From the NCBI GenBank assembly GCA_963662545.2, contig CAXXLL010000003.1, forward strand, positions 480,001 to 544,000: a DNA stretch of 64,000 nucleotides. The letters are read 5' to 3'. Position 1 is the first letter of the stretch. Every line of letters begins with the position of its first letter. Below the pieces are notes generated by a model that saw only the letters and a program-made list of their open reading frames with translations, ran no database searches and was not told the origin of the DNA. This document shows, piece by piece, positions 17,324-25,300 of the stretch. Source of the stretch: Gammaproteobacteria bacterium. GTDB taxonomy: Bacteria; Pseudomonadota; Gammaproteobacteria; Ga0077536. The position numbers were made by a program, and so were the translations under genes.

Positions 17324-19067
17324 TCGCGCCCGCGACGTTGCGGGACCCGCTCTCCATGCGTGCAAGGAAATCCTGCTTCGCCTTGGAGCGGGACAATTTG
17401 CCGGACGAGGTGCGTGGTAGCGTACGTGGGGGCACGAGATCGATATGGCAGTTGATTCCGAAATGCGATCCGATCCGCGTCTGCAATTCGTCTGTCAAAT
17501 CTCGGGCTTTCGCCGGGTTGGATTCGCGCGATTCGACTACCATGACGACTTGATCGACGCCGGAGTCGTCGGCAAACGAGAATGCGGAGACATTGCCGAA
17601 GCGAACCCCCGGCAGGCTTTCGGCGAGATATTCGAGGTCGTGCGGCCAGATGTTGCGTCCGTTGACGATGATGACGTCTTTACGACGCGCCGTTACAACG
17701 ACATGCTGGCCCACGCGGTAGCCAATATCGCCGGTATCGAGCCAACCGTCTTCTGACAAAACTTCGGCGGTGGCGTCGTGGTTTTGAAAATAACCCTGCA
17801 TAACGCTTGGTCCGCGAACACAGATGCGTCCGCACTGATAATTGGGGAGATCTGATCCTTGGTCATCGCGAATCGCCATCTCGAAACTCGGCAGGATCTT
17901 GCCGCAGTCGACGAAGGTGAGTGCACTCTGAGGCGTGGCGTCGGCGTCATCCGAGATGATTTCGACTCGTCCTTCGGTCGCCATGATTTCCTTGTCGACT
18001 TTGACCGCGTCGATGCCCACGTCGAGCGGAGCGATGCTGATGGCGAGCGCGCATTCGGCCATGCCGTAGCAGGCAACGAATGCCTTCGCATCAAACTTTG
18101 CGGGTTTGAGCACGTGTGCAAACTGTCGCAGGGGTTCGGGATGAATCCGCTCCGCGCCCACGCAGGCTATACGCCAGGAACTCAAATCGTAGCGATCCTG
18201 ATCGGTCAGGCGCAGCCGTTTTGCGCACAGCGCATAACCGAACGGTGGCGCCGATGAAATGGTGCCGCGATTCTGCGAGATCACTTTCAGCCACAGTCGC
18301 GGGCGCATCGCAAAAGTTCGCGGGCTCAGATAATCGGCCGAAAGCTGGCTGCCCAGCGGCAACAGGACGAAACCCACCAGGCCCATATCGTGGTAAAGCG
18401 GCAACCAGGCAACCAGGCGATCCTGGCGCCTAATCTTGAGGCCGTGCGTCGTGATATCGCGCAGATTGGTCAGCACGGTATGTTGAGAAATTTCCACGCC
18501 GCGCGGGAAACGCGTGCTTCCGGAAGTGTACTGCAGGTAGGCTGTTTCGTCGGCGCGCAGGGGTTCGAGTTCGATGTCACATTCAGGCAGGCTGTCGAAT
18601 TCTTCGGGTGTGCCCGCCTGTACAAGATCAAGGCGTTCTACCGCTTGTTTGAGAAATCCGATGTGCGATTCCGGAGCCACCGCGATATCCGCGCCGCAGC
18701 TGTCGAGCATGCGTTCGAGCTGTTCAACATAGGCTGCACGCGCGCCGAGTTGAAATCCTGCGGGCAGCGCCACCGGGATGTATCCGGCGTACTGGCAGGC
18801 GAAGAAAAATCGGTGAAACATGGGCTCGGTTTCGGCGATGACCGCGACCCGGCTGCCGCGCTTACACCCCAGGCCGAGCAGGCGCCTGGCGAGTTTCCGG
18901 GCTTCGTCCCGGAGCTCTCGATAGCTCAATACAGCGAACAATTCGCCGCGACCATCGTAGAAGTTGTACCCGGTCTGACCCTCAGCCGCGTACTCCAGGG
19001 CCTCGACAAGGGTGTCGAAACTGGCGTTGCGCAACGGCAATAAGTCGTTGATTTCCGTGGCTTTCAT
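17316..19067 (-). CDS. Fatty acyl-AMP ligase / acyl-ACP synthetase
   Basis: YLQYTSGSTRFPRGV, WLPLYHDMGLVG, YGMAE, DTGD, NGRNIWPHDLE, PRTSSGK. Confidence 0.9.
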   Translation of the reverse strand: MKATEINDLLPLRNASFDTLVEALEYAAEGQTGYNFYDGRGELFAVLSYRELRDEARKLARRLLGLGCKRGSRVAVIAETEPMFHRFFFACQYAGYIPVALPAGFQLGARAAYVEQLERMLDSCGADIAVAPESHIGFLKQAVERLDLVQAGTPEEFDSLPECDIELEPLRADETAYLQYTSGSTRFPRGVEISQHTVLTNLRDITTHGLKIRRQDRLVAWLPLYHDMGLVGFVLLPLGSQLSADYLSPRTFAMRPRLWLKVISQNRGTISSAPPFGYALCAKRLRLTDQDRYDLSSWRIACVGAERIHPEPLRQFAHVLKPAKFDAKAFVACYGMAECALAISIAPLDVGIDAVKVDKEIMATEGRVEIISDDADATPQSALTFVDCGKILPSFEMAIRDDQGSDLPNYQCGRICVRGPSVMQGYFQNHDATAEVLSEDGWLDTGDIGYRVGQHVVVTARRKDVIIVNGRNIWPHDLEYLAESLPGVRFGNVSAFSFADDSGVDQVVMVVESRESNPAKARDLTDELQTRIGSHFGINCHIDLVPPRTLPRTSSGKLSRSKAKQDFLARMESGSRNVAGANG

Positions 19068-19150
19068 GGTGAATTAGAGCCTGATTCTAGACACTGAATC
19101 GACGAATGCACGCATTGCTCGTTCGTCTCCCCCTTGATGCAGCGCTGGGG

Positions 19151-19178
19151 ATTATAACCGCTTCGTGACGTTTGTGAG
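19151..19178 (-). promoter_or_regulatory. Putative promoter of the FAAL-cerR-acp-spt operon (CTCACA-N16-TATAAT)
   Basis: Consensus TATAAT on the minus strand about 85 bp upstream of the FAAL ATG. Confidence 0.4.
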
Positions 19179-19470
19179 ATAGTTAATTTAAATTCCACAT
19201 TAAAAACGGAATTCCACCGGTCGACGGCTTGCGGCGAGCGGGTAATTTAAGTGTGGCGGCCATTTCCCCGATTCAACACGAAAATTCTGCCATCCGGGAG
19301 GTTAAAGCAGCGTTAAATCATCACCCAAGCGAATGGGCAGGAAATTCACGCGAGTACGAAACCACTAGGGGCAGCGCAAAGTTATAGCCATTGCTATGCG
19401 AAGAGGCAATGAAGCTAAACCTCAAACCAAGAGGGAGTATAAAGCACAAACTGCGAAGCGAGAAACTTAA

Positions 19471-19632
19471 GGAACCTCTGAATAAGTCATGGTGGGTCTG
19501 AATGGTTCATGCAATGGTGCAGATCAAGGCACGAAGCGCAGGCCATAGCGGGGACTATGGGCAAGGTTCGTAACGCCGAGCTGCGCAATTGCATGGGCCA
19601 GGCAGATGTGCCATGACTTATTCAGAGGTTCC
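19471..19632. mobile_element. MITE family A copy 2 (162 bp)
   Basis: Same TIRs and internal sequence as copy 1; flanks TTAA/CTAA. Confidence 0.85.
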
Positions 19633-19916
19633 CTAAATTTGTTTGCCGTGTCTGGGTTGGTTCGGCGCCCCGGATAATTGGAAGAAGTTTGTGGTCAGGA
19701 ATTTGATGTGCGATTCAGCAACGAACTGAGTCGTTATCGCGTCGCGCTGGAAATAAAAAAAGATGGAAAGCACAAAGCACGAGACCTTGGGGGTGAAAGG
19801 TTGGGGATCGCAACGAATAGAACCTTGGTTTTGATTCTTGGTTCGTTACGCTCGGCTTCGTGCTTTCCAAGTTGATGGGCTAAAAAAACTTCGTTTTTCA
19901 CCAGCTTGCTAAAGGC

Positions 19917-21512
19917 TTATTCGAAAACTCCATGGAGGCGCCAGCGCCGCTCCCCGTCGAGTTCCTCGTATATCCACAAACGGCTTCCTTTCGTGGTGGT
20001 CGCTATGAAATAGTCGCGCGCTATTGCATGCCCATCCCACCAGCCAGCATCAATCCGCTCGCGCTCGGGAACCAGTTGCAAAGGCCCGTCGAACTCCGGA
20101 TGTCCATGTCGAGTCGTGAGTGTCATGGGGTGCTTTACCAGCCATAACGGCCGGGCACCGAAAGGGCCGGGATCCACCGCCCTAGGAAGGGACCTGCGTT
20201 TCCCATCGTCCGGATACCGCCAACACCAAGCGTGTTCGGGACGGTGATCGGATTTCAGCCCCAGTCCGCGCAGTGCCCGGGTGCCACAACGGGAACGGAA
20301 CCGATCGGCGAACACCGCATAAGCTTCCTCATCCTGCTGATTTCTTCCCAAGAACAAGTCGCTCGTAGACGGCGACATCCCGCGCATGATGTCATCCACG
20401 TAAAGTTCGATGGCGCGCACCGGCGCCTTCAGGTTCATGCGCATCAGTGTTTCCCTGAGCAAGAGGCACATGTGATCGAAATCCCGGCCAGGCCGTGTAA
20501 GCCCGACTTCGAAAGACGTATGGGAATTGTCGCGACCGATGAGCCGCCATCGCAGATGGTGCGTCAACGCGGCATTCCCTCTCAGATACCCGACCAATTC
20601 GTGCAGTAAGCGTTCCCCCGCGACGACGAGCGCCTGCGCGTTGTCGAGTTCCCAGGGCAGGTCGAGTGTTGCTTCGAAACACCGGGGCGCGGAAAAAGCC
20701 GGCCGGGGATCGGGCGCACGTCCGAAGAGGCGATCCAGCATGTCGTTCAATACGGGTGAAAAACGGCGCGCCAGGCCGTCGCGCGGCAGGCGGCGGCAAT
20801 CACCGATGCGCCTGACGCCAATGCTTGCCAATGCCTCGCTGTGGCGCGCTTCCAGGCGCAGGGTTTCGATGGGTAGCGGTGACAGGTGCTGCATCAGATC
20901 CTGCTCCGCCAAAACGATCGCGCGGGAATTTGAACGCGCCAGTAAGGTCGCGGCCATCGGCGTCGGCGCCACGGCATGCTGCAGCCGGTAACCAAGCCCC
21001 CTGAGACCATGGCGCAGATGGCTCAACAAACCGTCCATGCCCTTAAACAGCCTGAGACTGCCCTTGATCTCCAGCACCAGCCCATCGGGCGGTACCGGGC
21101 TGACCTGGGGACTCAGCTGCAGCGCCCACAGACAAAGCTTGTCCAGCGCTTGGTGCTCCGCACGTTCATTGCGCGCGAGCACAGTCACCTCGCCCAGAGC
21201 ATGCGCCGCGCCGAGCGGCATACCCGGGCGTATGCCGAGCGCCGCCGCGCGGGTATTGGCCAGCAAGACTTTCCGGCGGCTGCCTTCCCCCGCGGTCAAC
21301 ACGCAGGCGCGTTGTGTCGCGACCCCGCGGGTCAATACCTCCAGCGGAAACTGCGGCAGGTGCAGGTGAAGCCAGAGCGCGCCGGCTGTGGAAGCATTCG
21401 CCGAATGGACGTTCTCCTGCCCGGGGATATACCCCGTGGCAGGGAGTGTCGCTCGCCTGCCATGGAAATCACGTGGCAGGGGTTCGCATGGGTTGGACGC
21501 TCGCACGCTCAT
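19917..21512 (-). CDS. imuB: ImuB, inactive Y-family polymerase-like protein
   Basis: LW..LHLP..PLE, GIRPGM, LEIKGSLRLF, DHRPE, RPLWL, ERIDAGWWDG...RDYF, W.LHG.F. Start uncertain. Confidence 0.9.
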   Translation of the reverse strand: MSVRASNPCEPLPRDFHGRRATLPATGYIPGQENVHSANASTAGALWLHLHLPQFPLEVLTRGVATQRACVLTAGEGSRRKVLLANTRAAALGIRPGMPLGAAHALGEVTVLARNERAEHQALDKLCLWALQLSPQVSPVPPDGLVLEIKGSLRLFKGMDGLLSHLRHGLRGLGYRLQHAVAPTPMAATLLARSNSRAIVLAEQDLMQHLSPLPIETLRLEARHSEALASIGVRRIGDCRRLPRDGLARRFSPVLNDMLDRLFGRAPDPRPAFSAPRCFEATLDLPWELDNAQALVVAGERLLHELVGYLRGNAALTHHLRWRLIGRDNSHTSFEVGLTRPGRDFDHMCLLLRETLMRMNLKAPVRAIELYVDDIMRGMSPSTSDLFLGRNQQDEEAYAVFADRFRSRCGTRALRGLGLKSDHRPEHAWCWRYPDDGKRRSLPRAVDPGPFGARPLWLVKHPMTLTTRHGHPEFDGPLQLVPERERIDAGWWDGHAIARDYFIATTTKGSRLWIYEELDGERRWRLHGVFE

Positions 21513-21534
21513 TCTCCTTGGCAGTGCCTTTCAG

Positions 21535-22353
21535 TCACAATTCGATCCGGCAACGCGTACCGCCCTGCCCGCCGCGCGCTTTGAGGACCGTCACTTGCAA
21601 TACATCGCGCTGCTCTTCGGCAGCCTCCGTTTCCCGGGCTAGCCCGCATTTCTCACCACCGTTCGTAGCGAGGGCGTCGAGATGCCGTTGTGACGGGGCG
21701 CACGGACCGGCGGACGGTGAAGGCGTAGTTGACGCTACGTCGAACCGGCTGGAGGGAGTACGTCCCGTTACAGCGAGCAGATCGACGTCCGCAGTAGAAG
21801 GGTGGTGAGAAATGCGGGCTAGGCCCAGTCTGAGCGGGGCCGGAGACGGGTGCGTTCCGAACCGCTCGGGGCGGAACACGATGCCCCAGGTACGGCCGGC
21901 CTTGGCGGCGAGCTGTAAACGGCGCAGGTGAAGATCTGCGACATCCTCGATCCACAGGAGGGCGGCGCCGCAATCGGGGAATCTCAAAGCCTGCTCATAA
22001 GCCCACAGGGTCTGCTCTTTCAACGCATTCGGCTGATCGGATAAATCGACGATCAAGACCTGGGCGAGATCCATGCCGTACTCGATCAAGGCCGGGGAAT
22101 AAGGGATGTGAGGCGGGCAGACCCATATGATCCACTGCCCGCCGTGACTGAGCCTGGCAAGCGCGGGCAGTACCAGCCTCAGCGCACCGATACCAGGCGT
22201 CGCCGACAGGATTTCGGTGAGTCCCGAGCGTGGCCAGCCACCTCCCGGCAAGGTGCCGTCCAAGGCCTCAAAGCCCGTGCTCAAGCCGGCAGCAGAGGGG
22301 ATCTCCCCGGCGCGCCAGACATCGGCGCGTCGCATCAAATCCTGCAGGTTCAT
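21535..22353 (-). CDS. imuA: ImuA, RecA/SulA-like mutagenesis protein
   Basis: [43 protein letters not shown]. Confidence 0.9.
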   Translation of the reverse strand: MNLQDLMRRADVWRAGEIPSAAGLSTGFEALDGTLPGGGWPRSGLTEILSATPGIGALRLVLPALARLSHGGQWIIWVCPPHIPYSPALIEYGMDLAQVLIVDLSDQPNALKEQTLWAYEQALRFPDCGAALLWIEDVADLHLRRLQLAAKAGRTWGIVFRPERFGTHPSPAPLRLGLARISHHPSTADVDLLAVTGRTPSSRFDVASTTPSPSAGPCAPSQRHLDALATNGGEKCGLARETEAAEEQRDVLQVTVLKARGGQGGTRCRIEL

Positions 22354-22967
22354 TGGGAATGCGTTCTGAGCACGCCGACCCCGAGGCCCTCTATGACGAG
22401 TTCCTGGTATCTGAGATCGACTTCTATGGGTTCGAAATCCGGATTCTCCGGCAGCAAGCGCACGCGCTTACCACGTCGCTTGAAACGTTTGACCGTGACT
22501 TCGTCTTCGAGACGCACGACGACGATCTGACCGTTTCGCGCCTCCGGGCTGGCATGCACTGCCAGCAGATCGCCATCGAGAATACCGGCTTCGCGCATGC
22601 TCATGCCGCGTACACGCAGCAGGTAATGCGCACGGGGCCTGAACAGATCCGGGTCCACCGCATAATGGTCTTCGATATGTTCGGCAGCGAGTATGGGATG
22701 GCCTGCGGCCACTCGCCCCACCACCGGCAGCCCCAACGCCTGGAGCGATGCGTCTCCGGCGATACGGATCCCGCGGGACGCCCCGGGAAGTAATTCGATA
22801 TAGCCTTTACGGGCAAGCGCCCGCAGGTGCTCTTCGGCGGCATTCGGCGAGCGGAATCCCAGGGCCTCGGCAATTTCGAGACGGGTCGGCGGCATTCCCG
22901 TGTGCTGAATCTCCCTGCGAACCAGGGCCAGGACTTCCGCCTGCCGCGCTGTCAAACCCGTAACCAC
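22350..22967 (-). CDS. lexA: LexA repressor
   Basis: [30 protein letters not shown] cleavage site, GMSM catalytic Ser, VTVKR catalytic Lys. Probable GTG start at 22967. Confidence 0.95.
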   Translation of the reverse strand: MVTGLTARQAEVLALVRREIQHTGMPPTRLEIAEALGFRSPNAAEEHLRALARKGYIELLPGASRGIRIAGDASLQALGLPVVGRVAAGHPILAAEHIEDHYAVDPDLFRPRAHYLLRVRGMSMREAGILDGDLLAVHASPEARNGQIVVVRLEDEVTVKRFKRRGKRVRLLPENPDFEPIEVDLRYQELVIEGLGVGVLRTHSQ

Positions 22968-22975
22968 AATAAAAC

Positions 22976-23007
22976 CTGTATAAACATACAGGTGTGAGTA
23001 TATACAG
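22976..23007. promoter_or_regulatory. Tandem SOS boxes upstream of lexA
   Basis: CTGT-ATAAACAT-ACAG (22976-22991) followed by GTGT-GAGTATAT-ACAG (22992-23007, one mismatch). Confidence 0.88.
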
Positions 23008-23031
23008 TTATTTCCGAAAAACAAGCCGCCA

Positions 23032-23091
23032 TTCACCCACAAGCGCTCCTGCGGTGGCGTGGTTTAGGATGTAGGAGCGCGCTTGCGCGCG
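23032..23091. repeat. Pair of GTAG-class REP elements (one degenerate)
   Basis: TGTAGGAGCGCGCTTGCGCGCG at 23070-23091 and an inverted degenerate copy at 23032-23052. Confidence 0.55.
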
Positions 23092-23105
23092 CCTCAGGTG
23101 GCTAG

Positions 23106-23260
23106 CAGCCTGTCGGACTTAGGAAGAATTGACTTGGGCGTTGGGATAGCGGTCCAGATGTGCCATGGTTTTCGTTAAATAGCCCCACTATTCGCCTCAA
23201 ACCATGACACCTCTCAGACCCCCAACCACCTCGCTACGATTCCCTAAGCCCGACAGGCTG
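23106..23260. mobile_element. MITE family B copy 1 (155 bp)
   Basis: TIR CAGCCTGTCGGACTTAGG...CCTAAGCCCGACAGGCTG flanked by CTAG/CTAG. Second copy at 62410-62635. Confidence 0.85.
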
Positions 23261-23288
23261 CTAGGTTTACGGTGTAGGAGATAAAGGC

Positions 23289-23660
23289 ATGGAAAACTCC
23301 CCTCGTGGCATCAATCGTCTGATCAAGGCATTCGGTTATTCCATCAAGGGCCTGCGTGCCGGATGGCAGCACGAGGCCGCCTTTCGACAGGAAGTGATGC
23401 TCACCGCCGTCATGCTGCCGCTCGCATTCTGGATTGGACGCGGGCCGCTCGACTATGCTGTTTTGATCGGATCGCTTTTCATCGTGCTCATCACGGAACT
23501 GCTGAACTCAGGTGTCGAAGCGCTCACTGATCGCGTCAGTGAGGAACCCCATGAGCTCTCAGGGCGCGCCAAAGACCTCGCTGCGGCCGCGGTTTTTCTG
23601 AGCCTGGTGATGATGGCCGTGGTATGGACTTTCGTGGGGTATGCCCGATTTACGGGTTAG
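23289..23660 (+). CDS. dgkA: Diacylglycerol kinase (DgkA family)
   Basis: RLIKAFGYS..GL, EAAFRQE, ELLNSGVEA..DR, AKD..AAAV; GGAG RBS. Confidence 0.92.
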   Translation: MENSPRGINRLIKAFGYSIKGLRAGWQHEAAFRQEVMLTAVMLPLAFWIGRGPLDYAVLIGSLFIVLITELLNSGVEALTDRVSEEPHELSGRAKDLAAAAVFLSLVMMAVVWTFVGYARFTG

Positions 23661-23694
23661 CAGGTTGTTGAAAAACTCGTTTTTCAACAACCTG
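23661..23694. repeat. 34-bp minimal element made of two IS-like ends (CAGGTTGTTGAAAAAC); could also act as a bidirectional terminator
   Basis: Perfect 16-bp inverted repeat flanked by TTAG/TTAG, between the convergent dgkA and kinase genes. A related solo end lies at about 19890-19912. Confidence 0.7.
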
Positions 23695-23698
23695 TTAG

Positions 23699-23860
23699 GG
23701 AACCTCTGAATAAGTTATGGCGCGGGGGAATGGTGCATGAAATCGTGCAGATCAAGGCACGAATCGCAGGCCATAGCGGGGACCTTTGGCAAGATGCGTA
23801 ACGTAAGGCTCCGCGATTTCAGGCGCAAGGCAGGTGTGCCATAACTTATTCAGAGGTTGC
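23699..23860. mobile_element. MITE family A copy 3 (162 bp)
   Basis: Same TIRs; flanks TTAG/TTAA; abuts the kinase stop codon and the 34-bp element. Confidence 0.85.
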
Positions 23861-25165
23861 TTAAGTCAGCGCGCGCGCCAAGGCTTTGCTCGTCGACTGA
23901 AGGCGCTCGATCAGGACTTCCTGAAAAGCACGGTTCAAGCGCACCTGGCTCGGTAGCGAGGCCCATTCCTTGAAGTCACGATCGATTTTCACAATGGTCG
24001 ATTCACGATTGGTGACGACGGTCGCGGTACGGCCGGTGTCGGACAGATATTCCATTTCGCCGAAACATTCGCCGGCATCGAGATCCCGGATCCGAGTGCC
24101 GTTGATGGTCACGGCAATCGAGCCCTCGGCCAAGACGAAGAACGCACGTTCCTTTTCTCCCTCGCTGAAAATCGTCTCACCAGCCGTATAATTGCGCCAG
24201 ATCGCGACCTTCACAACTTCTTTCAATTCCTTATTGGAAAATTGAGAAAAGAACGAGAGTTCCTTCATCTTCTCGATCTTTTGCTCGTCGTTCAGCATGA
24301 CGGGCGAGCGTTCCAGCAGATCGAGTGCCTCATCGATGTCCTTGACGATGTCCGCCCCGGTCTTATACCGGCCTGCGAGATCTTTCGTCAGCATCTTCTT
24401 GACGACGCGCCAGACGAAGTCGGGAATCTCCTCATCTATTTCGGGCGGCGGCTCGGGATCTTCGTTCACGACTTTCTGAATCAGGCTCGAAAGTCCCTTG
24501 GCTGCAAACGGCGGCGCACCGGCGAGCATTTCGTAGATGACCGAGCCCAGCGAAAAAAGATCCGACTGTCGCGTTAGATCCTCGTCCTGCGCCTGCTCCG
24601 GTGACATGTAGAGTGGGGAACCGAACCAGCCGATGATCTGCGTTTGATCGACGCCCATGCGGCGCGCGATGCCGAAGTCGCCCAGCTTTGCCACGCCGCT
24701 TTCGGTGATCATGATGTTGGCCGGTTTGATATCACGGTGTAGAACGCCCTGCTCGTGTGCATAATTGAGCGCGTCGGCCGATTGGCGGATCAGTGTGAGA
24801 ACCTGCGGGATCGGAAGCTTCGTATCGGATTTGCAGAAACTTCGAAGGGTATCGCCGCCCTTGATGAACTCCATGACCATATATGGCATGCCGTCTTCTT
24901 CACCGGCTTCGTAAACCTTGAGGATGTTCGGGTGATCCAGCTTACCGACCGAGCGAGCTTCGTTGATGAACATGCGCTTGGCCATACTTTCACCATCGTC
25001 TTCGGCTTCAGCATTAGTGGCGACTTTAATCGCCACGGGCCGATCGACGTATGCGTCATGGGCCTTGTAAACGACGCCCATCGAACCCTTGCCCAGGACA
25101 TCGGTCACGTCGTATTTGCTAATTTTTTCCGGTTTCTGATCGATCACGACACCTCGGAACCTCAT
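23861..25165 (-). CDS. Ser/Thr protein kinase with C-terminal cNMP-binding domain
   Basis: LGKGSMGVV, VAIK, HRDIKPAN, DFG, YMSPEQ; C-terminal GECFGEM..RTAT phosphate-binding cassette. Confidence 0.92.
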   Translation of the reverse strand: MRFRGVVIDQKPEKISKYDVTDVLGKGSMGVVYKAHDAYVDRPVAIKVATNAEAEDDGESMAKRMFINEARSVGKLDHPNILKVYEAGEEDGMPYMVMEFIKGGDTLRSFCKSDTKLPIPQVLTLIRQSADALNYAHEQGVLHRDIKPANIMITESGVAKLGDFGIARRMGVDQTQIIGWFGSPLYMSPEQAQDEDLTRQSDLFSLGSVIYEMLAGAPPFAAKGLSSLIQKVVNEDPEPPPEIDEEIPDFVWRVVKKMLTKDLAGRYKTGADIVKDIDEALDLLERSPVMLNDEQKIEKMKELSFFSQFSNKELKEVVKVAIWRNYTAGETIFSEGEKERAFFVLAEGSIAVTINGTRIRDLDAGECFGEMEYLSDTGRTATVVTNRESTIVKIDRDFKEWASLPSQVRLNRAFQEVLIERLQSTSKALARALT

Positions 25166-25300
25166 ATATGATGCCGAAAAACGATTACCTATCGTTTTTC
25201 AACGCGCGTCGGGGGAAAGCGCGGCATCCAAGTGTAGCGCGGAGTAGACATGGGAGCGACAGGTGCCTGCGAGAAAACGCTCGGCCCGCGGAGACGTATT

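Noticed and set aside
19678-19875. 65-aa ORF as a gene or dnaE2 remnant
   Set aside because: TTG start, no RBS, no recognisable motif, and no DnaE2-like sequence seen on the minus strand.
22968-23042. N-terminal extension of LexA in the ORF track
   Set aside because: It runs through the SOS boxes and promoter; homology begins near LTARQ.
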